From contig NMRA01000131.1 in the NCBI GenBank assembly GCA_002633005.1, positions 493,824 to 557,823 on the forward strand: a stretch of 64,000 nt of DNA, read 5' to 3'. Shown here in pieces: positions 27,201 through 38,200 of the stretch. The position numbers and the translations under genes are program-made. Source of the DNA: Phoronis australis (Eukaryota; Animalia; Phoronida). The notes beneath the pieces were generated by a model that was not told the DNA's origin, did no database searches, and saw only the letters and a list, made by a program, of their open reading frames with translations. The first letter of the stretch is position 1. Each line of letters starts with the position of its first letter.

Positions 27201-29582
27201 GAAATAGGCTACAGTCTTGAGCAACACTTGGCGAAATTAACTGAAGAAAAGACGACGTCGGAGATGATGACGAAGATGACGGATATGATGATGGTGGTGG
27301 CGATGATGAACAATATCATAACATTCATATGACGAACTTAAATGTCATAAATCAATAATTAGAAATAGGCTACAGTCTAGTTCAATAGAAGCTAAACCAA
27401 CATCAATGCAGCAAGAGCGCTCAACAAAGGAACAGCGTTATCAGAAAATCTCAAATAACTCGAAAAGTAGACGTCCTAGCGAAAAATGGAAAACATCTTC
27501 TGAAAGCCCATTCAAAATTCTATCTAAATTCAATTTGATAGTATCACACAATTCTGTAAATTTTTAGAAAAAAATGAAATTTTGCATTTTTTTTTAAGAA
27601 ATTCGAAGTCAAATAACTCGAAAACGGTAAGTCTGAGAAAAAAATTGTTACAGTTCATTTGATAAAATATACTTTAGAGAATCCACATGCAAAATTTCAC
27701 GTCATTTCCTCTTCCCGTTAAAATAGCACCCCATCACAACTGAAAAAAGGTCAACATGCGCCGGATCCGCCCTCTTGAGAGCAACTTCCGGTTTTTTGGA
27801 TTTGTATAAAAGCATGTCATAAGAAACTAATATCTGCAAAAATTCGAAGGAATTGGCCAATAATGCGCCCTCTACAGGAGAAAACGTTTTTTTCCTGAAA
27901 TCGAGGTGCGCATGCGCGAGTACCAATATTTCCGCCATCTTTAAACGGAAGTGAACAATTTCTGGTATACATGTAGTGCACATCTGGTCTAATAATTGTG
28001 CTGATTGTCAGCCCTGTACGTAAAAAAATTGTAGCCTCCAGAGGCTTTTGAATCTTAAAATGAAAACAAAATGGCCGCCACAGCCGCCATCTTGGATCCG
28101 ATTATGATGAAAAACAATAGGCTTCCAGTACTTCCGAAAGTACGTGCTGTGTGTAAATTTCGTGATGATCCGACGAAAATTGTGACCTGTATCGTGCGAA
28201 CAAACAAAAAAAACTTGATAGATGAGCAACATACTTGGCGAAATTTATTTCCAGCATCTTTTTGAATGAGCTAGTTGTTCTACATATGCGTAGTCATACT
28301 ATTTTTTTATTAAACCCACCTGTAGCGCAGAGTTTAAAAAACATTTTACCTTGAATATTATCTTAATATCAAATTGATAGTTAATGTTCCTAATTTTGTA
28401 CATTCCAAGTGCAATTCATTGATTGCCTTTGTGACTAGATTTGGTTCTGCACATTTGATTTACACAGCGTATGGAATGTACATTTAAATGACAGTATTCA
28501 ATGTCTTGTTGCCATAAGTTCCATTTCTCGTTGCATTGCTGTTATGATTTTCGTTACAGGACAAGATGATGTTCTGTGATCACTGTGACCGTGGTTACCA
28601 CACATTCTGTGTAGGTCTACGCTCCATCCCCACCGGCCGCTGGGAATGTCCCAGCTGTAGGCCAGCCGCCCCACCTGCCAAGTAAGTATGTCGGTCAAGT
28701 GATGTCCAGTATGAATGGTCCATACATGCGGTCAGTTTCTGCATGTCCTCATGAGATTGATGTAAATTCATCTACTTAAACTGAATAATACTGTCTCATA
28801 ACTTATACGATAATTATTAAATATTTTTGTAAAAGTTCATATTTTCTGATATCAATAACACAATCAAATTTTATTTTATGTAAGAGTTCAAGATGAGATC
28901 TCAAAACGCTGTTACAGTTTTCTAAAATATTTTGTTTTAGTCCTATTTCTGATAGCCCCTCATGCAAAAGTGTAACAGCGTTTTAGGTGTGTAACTACCG
29001 CAGAATAGACTGCAGTATTTACATATTCGTTTCTGTTTAGACCCTTCCTCTCATCACGTGTATCCCCACTGTTAGTTGTCGCGACCCATATTGTTCTTAT
29101 TGCCTGATGTGTATCACTATGCAGTCATCTGTGCTACTCTATACGTCTATGTGTCATGCCCTTGATAAAGAGCGCACCGCTCGAAACTTGGGGAATATTT
29201 TAATATATTTTAGTACCGACGCTCGTCGTTTCACTTGATAGTTACTATTATTTTACTCTTCTTAATCGCCAGTAACTGCACGGCATTCCAGCACCTTTTT
29301 TATTGATCATTGCAAGAAATGGAATGCATTGATGACCTTAAGTTTGAAAGACATGTTTGCATGGAACCAATGACTGGTGCTGCCACCTGGTAGTGTCTGG
29401 AACCTGGGCATGATGGTTTTCTCCTGTTCAGAGCGACTGTAATGGTTCACTATTGCAATGAAAGCCCTATTCAAAATCATTGCTCTTGTTTATTACTCCT
29501 TCAGATAGCAAACTAGATTTCTTAATGGTTTATTTATGGTAGTTGTATTCATATTATTTTCAGAAAATCAAGAAAGAAATGA
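15216..29582 (+). CDS. PHF10: PHD finger protein 10 (BAF45a / SAYP-like PBAF subunit), ~690 aa, 13 coding exons
   Basis: Phase-consistent GT-AG exons: 15216-15222, 15462-16371, 17019-17146, 18070-18221, 19604-19672, 21509-21637, 22192-22301, 22927-23062, 23829-23909, 24361-24457, 26390-26502, 28560-28681, 29564-29582 (TGA). Translation includes [86 protein letters not shown] and [13 protein letters not shown] (PHF10 SAY region), plus a complete double PHD ([54 protein letters not shown]). The 5'-most junction is the least certain. Confidence 0.95.
16073..16227 (+). repeat. Coding 21-bp tandem repeat, (E[NT][AT]SDV[LI]) x7, in the PHF10 acidic exon
   Basis: GAAAATGCCAGTGATGTCTTA-type units in frame within ORF 15455-16423. 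Confidence 0.95.
16376..16716. repeat. 34-bp minisatellite (~10 copies) starting just after the exon donor
   Basis: Unit GTGGAGTGATATGAGAGAGGGTATATATGTCTGT; period 34 (16481, 16515, 16549...). Confidence 0.95.
19357..19425 (-). mobile_element. Degenerate tRNA-derived SINE head
   Basis: Minus strand reads TGGCCCAATGG (A-box-like) ... GGAGTCGAGTCCC (B-box-like) at tRNA-like spacing; no intact cloverleaf. Confidence 0.45.
20911..21008. repeat. 11-bp tandem repeat (ACTGCCAATAT) x ~9
   Basis: Directly visible. Confidence 0.97.
23596..23709 (+). CDS. PHF10: Candidate alternative terminal exon of PHF10 ([10 protein letters not shown]), giving a PHD-less isoform
   Basis: Acceptor ctttgtcacctttag| in phase 0, matching the donor at 23063. 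Acidic codons continue the flanking composition; TGA at 23626-23628; AATAAA at 23704-23709. Confidence 0.5.
26437..26785 (+). repeat. 67-bp tandem duplication of the PHF10 PHD exon 3' end including its donor (5 units, last two diverged)
   Basis: AAGACTT...GCAATGTATGGATTGTAAGACATGTGTTGAGTGTACTGACCCTCATGACGAG|GT repeated; identical GAG|gtaaga donors at 26503, 26570 and 26637. Confidence 0.95.
26968..28250 (+). mobile_element. Helentron/DINE-like non-autonomous element in a PHF10 intron
   Basis: Starts AACAAG..; internal (GAT/GAC)-rich direct repeats at 27050-27380. 3' block TGTGTAAATTTCGTGATGATCCGACG...GTGCGAACAAAC...CATACTTGGCGAAA resembles the typical end of these elements. Family assigned by resemblance only. 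Confidence 0.55.
29030..29300 (+). mobile_element. Possible Penelope-like terminal-repeat fragment with a hammerhead-like fold
   Basis: CTTGATAAA-GAGCG(CAC)CGCTC-GAAAC at 29161-29187; boundaries approximate. Confidence 0.35.
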
Positions 29583-29656
29583 GATGCAACGAGTAAGGAC
29601 GGGGAAATATATTTTTTATATTTTCAATGTTGTGTATTTTTTCATTTAGATATTGT

Positions 29657-29662
29657 AATAAA
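29657..29662 (+). terminator. Candidate polyadenylation signal of PHF10
   Basis: AATAAA 75 nt after the TGA, following a U-rich tract. Confidence 0.55.
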
Positions 29663-30769
29663 CAACCTTGGTGAAAATACATGCTAATCTCCTGTATTTT
29701 TAACGAAACAGTGGCTGAACACAGCAGTCATTCAGCAACGCACGCTAGCAGTAGAGCCGTGCAGATAATCTTATAAACAGGTGATAACACTAGTCTTGCC
29801 ATTTTTACTATTCTCGGACAATAGAAACTTGCAGGGGTCCTTTTTTGAGAATCGCTTGAATGCCAAAATCCAATTTTCTGTAGTCAATAGAACAGTCACT
29901 TAATATACACATGGACATGTTTGCATGAAGATGAAAGTTTGCATGGGGTGTGAAACCTCTTGTTAACTAGGCACTAGTTAAGAACTGCAGGCAATAGCCA
30001 CAGGGGTCGTGGATTTTGAGTCATTTTGTTGCCCATTATTCGGTGGCTGGTATTCAAAATAAAAGATTACTAATGAAAGATGTACAATCATGATGCTTGA
30101 TTTTGCTAACTTTTTGTCATGTTTTGCAGTATATGGAAACAAAAATTATATAGATGTTAGAAAGGACAAGAATCGAAAATAATTTGTCATCATTGAGACA
30201 GTGTTCTCCCATGTTATTGAGTGGTTCTTTGAAATGACCTATTCCTTGATTATAAACAAGAGCAACAAGGAGTGTTACCAGTCGTGTATGACACAGCAGT
30301 TGGACCTGTGCGAAAAATAATCGCTTATAGTGCTTTTTGCAGTAGGAACACACATCAATTTTCATACCAATTCTAGAGTGGTTTGACCAAGTGAGAGGCA
30401 GGTGTCAAAAAACAGTCCCAAAAACTCTAAAAAGGGCCCCTAAATGGGAAGGTGGCATGGTCTCCTACATAGACAACTATTTGTCAAATTTCTTGAAAAT
30501 ACATTAAAAGGAACTCCGAAGATGCAAAGGCAAACATAGAAAAATAAAATTGTCTCTAGGACCATGGCGGCGCTTAGATCCATAACAATTCACTCTCGCT
30601 GTCACATCCAAAACGGAAACATATCTGATAAATGTGAAAATCCATCGGACGCGGGATGGACAGAGAGTAATGACAACACAATGCATCCACATATATGGGA
30701 GCCCATAAAAATGTGCATCAGTCTCTGTAAGTGGCATAGAAACCTTCAATTTTAGTAAGAAATGCGTAT

Positions 30770-30775
30770 TTTATT
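30770..30775 (-). terminator. Candidate polyadenylation signal of the TPC-like gene
   Basis: TTTATT on + (AATAAA on -) at the end of a UG/U-rich 3'UTR-like stretch (30780-31700). Confidence 0.45.
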
Positions 30776-31424
30776 AAAACAATGAAAACATTTAATATCA
30801 CATCTTGAGCAAGTTATCCGCAATACATTGCTATACAAACAATGCAATAGAATAGTACAAATATAACAGTGCAATGCTATTATATTATTAGGAATGCATG
30901 ACGGTGCACTTAAACAGTAAAATGGAGAACAAATAATTAATACTGGCCGGTAATCACGGTTGATAATCAGCTCAGAATGTTTTGCATAAAAATTCCGGTC
31001 ATTAATTCCATGACAGGAATCTTTAAAATCAAACACCGGGATATCTTGTTCGAAATCAAACCTCAACAGTTCACATTTCCTGTGCAAGATCGGTCTCATT
31101 AAAATAAATACAACTGACTGACAACAAACTCATGATTGCATACTGAGATTGTACTTTGCATAAACACTAAATCAGTAATCACTGGTACAAGTAAAGAATA
31201 GGTCACAATCTGATGAATGTCATTGAATGATCTAGCTTTAATGTCTTCACAATCATTCCGTTGTCTTAGGTACAATGCATAGATAATTTAAAATAGTTAA
31301 AGTGAAATGTAAAATACTCTTGGCACAATATTTACAAAAGTTTTAAGAGCATGTTGATATTAACAACTGTAAGAAAATGAAAGACTTTCTAGTGTATAAT
31401 ATGAAACCTTGGTGGACGGGTAAC

Positions 31425-31605
31425 ACATCTCTGGCTTGCATCCAGGCTTATCTCCTTAATTTGTCTATCATGGCTGTACAGTTCACACTTGGGCTTGCAT
31501 CCAGGCTAATCTCCTTAATTTCGCCACCATAGCTGCACAGTTAACACATAGACTTGCATCCAGGCTTATCTTCTTAATTTGGCCATCATGGCTGCACGGT
31601 TGCTC
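31425..31605. repeat. 59-bp tandem repeat x3 in the putative 3'UTR
   Basis: G(G/A)CTTGCATCCAGGCT.ATCT.CTTAATTT at 31433, 31492 and 31551. Confidence 0.9.
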
Positions 31606-32265
31606 CTATAAAGCAGACAATAAATGACACACTACAGGAAAACGGTAGAAAACAATATTTGTCAGCGTCTGTACAAAAAGTGCAAATTTAACAGTAAACA
31701 GCCATAACCAAATTGGACATCTGGGATTCATATTAATTGTCTCCTGCTGAGGGATCCAGCTCAAAACCAGAAGAGCTGATGCCTGCCAAGGCCGTACTGA
31801 GAAAAACTCAGGTCACTTGTCTCGGAAGAAGCTCATATGCATTCTGATGCGAGATATGCCATTTGTTCTCGTTTTACCTACAATTTGTTGACAGATTTAA
31901 TAGGAACCAGTGCAACTTTTTGAGTGTTTCCTTTTACTGAAACATTTGGTCAGAGCTTTAAAAACAGAAAGTACGGGGGAGACTTTCTTAAGAGATTCCT
32001 GGTAGCTCTGTACATTTGACAGTTTTAAGGATCTGTTGAGCATAATGTGCATTTCTGTGAAAAACTAATTGTTTTTACCTTGGCCTAAAGGAGACGTGCA
32101 CCAACAACTTTGAATGAAAAAAAATCAAAAAAAATCATCCAACTACGAGAGGAGTTAAATTAATTTGAACTAGCACAATGCGTTCTCCTTGTAATCTGCT
32201 TTCTGGAGAAACTGGACACCCCAGATGTTGACTTTGAGTAACTGAACTAGGCACAACACTTTGAT

Positions 32266-35200
32266 CTAGACAGAAATTGTGTAACTCAAAGCAGTTCTTT
32301 TGGCCTCATGAGAAATCTTGGCTGTGCAAAGTATGGATTCACTAAATGAGAGAGATAGAATCTCCTTCTAACATTTTTTTGTATTGTTTCATAGCCTCTG
32401 CTGTATGTGTATCCTTATGAATGTAACCAATATTGCATTTGCATGCAGCTTATGTGCTGTGTTTTTGTTCACACTTGAAAATGGTGGAGTAAATATGGAA
32501 ACGAGCAATATTTTTTTAAAATGTGTTATTCTAATTTAAGCACAATTGACTTTGACGGCTTGTCAACAATTTTTTTAAAAACATAAAGCATATTCCACTT
32601 GTGGTCACACTATACATTACTGCAACTGACTGAAAGTTAAAACTGTGCATACCGTCTGCTCTTAGAACTGGCAGCGCCCTCTACTGAGGTCTCTGGTGCT
32701 TGATCTTTCTGGACCTGACCAAGAGATGAACTGCGGCTACGACCAGATGATGAGCGGCTGAATCAAAAAAGAGGAATTCTGGGTGTGACAAAAAGAAAAA
32801 ATATTTGACATGTACCATTAAGGTGACAGTGGACATTATCAAATGAAACTTTCACATATCCCTGCGAAAGCCAAAACAACCAAACATGCACAGAATTTGA
32901 TTAGCATATTGCCAACAACACAAACATCACTTAATATTTGAGAGTGCTGCATACAAACAATATTCAAAAGCACACGAGTATCACAAATAAAACGGTCAAA
33001 AATAAAACTATACAAAAGTCATGTAAGTATTCTAATGTAATGAATATTAAGGACAAGTTGTTGCCACTACAACCATCACATTTACTTGACCCTCGACCCG
33101 TAAGTAGTTTCCAGAGAACACTTGCACCGCATTCAATAACGATGAGAGCGTGGCATTAATGTGCACCCACTGTGAACGTCACTAACAGCAAAGATAGGAA
33201 GCCAGTGATCATCAGTGGACATTTGTCACTCATTTTAAACATCATACAAAAAGCCCTGTAAGGGGTCTCTGGGCAAAAAGGATCATGGAACATTCCAAAC
33301 ATGATAGAGCCACAGGCGTAATGGAACACAGCCACAACATTGGACACAACATCGACAAGTGTGATGCCAGAGAAACACTGGTACTCAAGGAAGGTTAAGG
33401 AGGCTGTCTATGTTAAAACCAGACACCCCAATTTGAACAGAGATCAAGGCTTAGAGCTCCCAGCAGTGTATGACCTAATTCTAAAACCAGGTCTACCTGA
33501 TGCGGAAAATCCAGTCAGTGGACAAGGCGCTTAGAGAGCGGGTGGAAACGACCAACTCACCAGACTCCCAGTGCTTTTCAGTAAGTGATTTACCTATTGC
33601 TCAATATTAATTTCATTTTATCTTCACAGTAAACCCTTCAAATGACTGTTGCTTTGTCTCTTATTAATGTAACCAAATTAACAGAAGCTCATTACCTTTC
33701 TATTTTCTCCGCCTCATCCATTGTATGCCTTATATCATCTATTGCCTTGTCAGTAGATTCATTATTGTCTATCCCCCACTCTGGATCCATCTTTGCTTTA
33801 TCAGAAGCTGACTCCTGTTTATCCGGCTGTTCTGCACCATCAGAGTGTGAGGCTGACTTTGCCGAGGATGTAGAGCGGGCTGTGTTAACAGAGTGTTCTG
33901 ACTTTTTGGATTTAGCTGAGTCAGCCCTACCAGTAGCTGTTGAGCCAGGTCTGTACATAATACAAATATAGTCACAGTATTGAGAGATGATAAAATATAT
34001 TAAAGTTTTTCAATCCTCACAAGTCACAAACAGGCAACACTTAAAATGTCAAAGCAACTTAAACACGAGAACCAAGAAAATCAAAATATAGAATTATTAA
34101 CAAGTCAGTAGACTAGTGCATTATTCCTCTTTATGAATGAATAAAACATACAATTTCTGTTATTTAATTACAATATAATAGCATGAAATTCAACTGGTAT
34201 TGCCAGCTTAACAGGACTACCTAACTAGGTGTGAACCATTACTGATAATAACAGTTACAAAATGTGCGACTTTTTTCATGAAGTGAGCTAGGTGCCATAT
34301 GCAACACTAACTGACCCTTACAATTACAGTGAAACTCGCATGAGCCAGACACACATCAGTGGGACCTTTGCTTATATACAGCAAGAAAGCTTCGCAGCAT
34401 AGTTGTTGTATTCCATGAACTCCGCCCTTCCGATAAGTTGGCTTTTACATCACTCGAATAAAAATCTCACTGTAGCTCAAGCAAGTTACACTATTGTAAG
34501 AATTTTTGAACAAACCGTAATACTTAAATATTCAACTTCAACTGAAACCCACCTGACAGGAGATTCAACAAAAGAGACTTGTTTAGGGCGTGAAGCTGTT
34601 TTACTAAGGGAAGATCGTCTAGGCAACAGATTTCTAGAAAGAATTTGTTAGTAAAGCTAAATGAATAAGAATGAGCAGGCTAGTATAAAGACCTCTCTAC
34701 AGAGACATGATGGTTACATGCATAATCAACAGTAATGATGTGAAAGGCTGTTAGTTAAACTTGAAAGATTAAATTAACTCCTGTTTGTTAATCACAAAAT
34801 GTTACCATTGCAAACTCAAAAGGAGCAATAGCTGTGCAATGTGAAGCCTAAATAAAAAAACAATGTTACCATTGGAAGAGACAATAGACATGCTGCTAAT
34901 AAATAACTGCATTACATAAGCTCAGACAATTTCAAAAGAATCCTCACAGCAGTTAGAAGTCTCGTTACTTGCATGTAGATTGCAGAACAGTCAAGTGACC
35001 TTTTCACAGACAGATGCAGATGTCACATGCATTGTGGGAAACAGACCGGCCCACTCCCACAGCAGATGAATCACGTTACATGTACAGCACACCAGGTGGT
35101 GAGAAGGGGATATCCTATAATTCTCTACTCAGGGATTAGTATGCATCAGTTTTCGTTAATCCGTAAAAAATCCAAATCTAAGAAAGTCGAGTCGTAAGAA

Positions 35201-38200
35201 TAGATGGACATCATACACATTAATGGTCTCAGTACAGAATGGATTTAACGGCCACATACCTGGATGAGTTACTCTGCGAGTCTTCAAGAGGCTTCAAATT
35301 TTCATCTATTTTGATGTCCTCAGTCACCTCAATACTGTGAGCTTGCACAAACTTCTTGGCCCACTCAGGCATCTCTCCACCAGGAAGTTTTTCTTTCTTG
35401 GGATTTTTGGGAGGTTTGGGTTTTTCAACTTGTAACTTGCCTTCTGTGAAATGGAGAAAGTTTCAAACTAGAGTAAAGATTTGCTGAAATATATTCAGGC
35501 CAGGAAGAAGGTTGCATGTATTTTGCATTAAATGCATGTTACCAATATGCCACCATAAGAACATACCAAGCGCAACTTTGAAAAAATAGTTCTGCCTTCG
35601 AAAAACTACTATCTAGGTATTGAAAAACCTTAACACATTAATTCGCACATTTTGAATGAAGTTAGTGGCAGAAAATCATTGCACTGAAACAATGAATTCC
35701 ACATAGTCCACAGTTTTGCCCTGTATATAATTAGAAGTGCTAATTCATAATATTAATAAACAAAACGGATGGTTCCATTTCAAAATATAGATGAAAACAA
35801 TTATAGTTTTTAAAGGTGGTACTACATAGGGCTTTTTAAAGACCTTTCGCTATAAATCTAGAATCATGACTGACTAGAAAGTCACTTAAGTCAACCAGAA
35901 ACAGGAAAAGGGTTTCAACAACTGTAAGTGCACCATTGAATGAACATATGCATCCCATTAGGGTGTTCACACGTTCAGTGACTTCACCAGAGATAGAGGG
36001 TTGTGAGCATGTGATAACATCTAGCTCCTTTGTTAACTGTTGAGTGCAGTCTTTTGTCTGATATGACAACATGCAGGTCAATTATCTACCAAGCTTATTA
36101 CCCACCACATGTGAACACTATCAAACCCAGTGCAAATTGGTACATTAGGAAAGAATAGATTGTCATAACTTCAGTTGTAGTAGGGCGATTTTGGCAATTC
36201 AAAAACTAAACATGATCAGCAATTGACGAGGAATTCAGAAATGCTATTGGTTTGTGTTCAAATATGTTATAACTTAACTTTTATTTTTAACAGCACAGCC
36301 CATTCAGGTTATAGATATGATCTTATCAGAGATTAGAGCAATTACCTAACAAAAGAGATCTGGCCCTCCAACCATAAATGCCAGAATGGAGTTAATCATT
36401 CGTGTAATATACTGGTTTCAGCAGTCATCCTCCCAAATTGTTGTTGGGCTACGCAATCGAACAAGTGAGAATTGATCAAACAGACAACTAAAAAAACATT
36501 GGCAATTGGCAAGTGATCAATCCAAACTGCAATACTTTGTAGCTCATTTTCACTAAAGCCTAACTCCTCCAGATGAGTAGCAAGTCTACGAACCTTCTTC
36601 TTCATTCTCTTCCTCAATAACTTCTGGTAAAGTAGGAGGAGGGTCAATATTAATCTGCAATCAAATCACAGCCAGTCATGACAACGGTAACACACAATAT
36701 CGCAATCATTACAGGCAGTCATGATATTGGTAACACAAAATATTGCAATCAAATCACAGCCAGTCATGATAACGGTAACACACAATATCGCAATCATTAC
36801 AGGCAGTCATGATATTGGTAACACAAAATATTGCAATCAAATCACAGCCAGTCATAATAACGGTAACATACAATATCATAATCAAACCACAGCCAGTCAG
36901 AACGAAGACACACAATATCACTAGCTAACGATATTGGCTCTACCAGTTTCAATTAAACAGTAAGTCAGATCAGTTTTACACTAAGCACATTTCTAAATGG
37001 TATACGCATGAAGAATTTGCATTGAATGAACCTTAAAGGTGTACATTATTTTTACTAAAAGAACAAAAAATTAGGCTGGGTAGTTTAACTTCTGAAGTTC
37101 AAAGGTCTAAAAATATACACAATGTTATGTGACAAACTATATGTAAGTGTTTCCAAATAGTATTTTAGAATGTCTAATTCTAGAGCACCTAACTATACAA
37201 CACTTCACATCTAGCTTTACAGACTATCACTACAGTAAAGATGGTAGGACACACTCATATAACACTTTAAGAAGCCTTGCCTATCCATTTTGGTGAAAAT
37301 GTTTACTCACTACAGAAATAGGAACTGATTTTGTAGTTTACAAAGCCAATTTTGTCATTTGCTATTCAACTATTACTCCAGCATTGATAAGGCACCATCT
37401 CTTTTTTAGACAAGATATATCACATGTCACACTGAGTGGTAACATAGGCAGGACATTTTGTGATTTGGATTTGGTACCTTAGTTAATGATCTCGTATGAC
37501 GTTAAAGTGAAGAAAACATAAAAATACATTCCAAGGTTTCTTCAAGAGTCAACATAGGATTAAGACACCTCCACCAATAGTATGGTTACCATGGATACCA
37601 TAGTAACAAGGACCAATCAACTAAGGGAAGACAAGCGGGATGTGAACATGAATGTGCTGTGAGCACACTATGTAGCATGTGAACACACTATGTAGCATGT
37701 GAACACACTATGTAGCATGTGAACACACTATGTAGCATGTGAACACACTATGTAGCATGTGAGCACTATATGTCATACTTTGGTGTATCTTGCAACATCT
37801 GCTACTTGGATCTGAAACCAGCAGTAACTATGACAACAATGATTGAAACAGCAAATTGGGAAACATACAGTCACAGGATGGGTTAGAGCTTAGTATAACT
37901 CATGCACAAATTGGAACCCTGCATGTTCAACAATTTATAAAGGTTATGGATACAGTTACAGCTATTCAGTTTCTTCACACAAAAATAACAATGGTTACTT
38001 TCTGACTTTCAAGAGGTTGACAACAGTGCTCGTATCATTTCCCAGGTGTAGTGTCATGACAGAAGTAAAGTTCAATGTTAAGATTATCCACACGTATCAC
38101 AGTAACATACACGGCTTATCTGCCAGATTTGTACAGTTCTTTAACATAAAATTTTCCATTTGTGACAATGGAGAGGCACAATAGAAAACAGTTTTGAAAG

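Noticed and set aside
18079-32690. CTCF-like motifs inside coding exons (near 18079 and 32672)
   Set aside because: Explainable by codon sequence; single matches are not informative without binding data.
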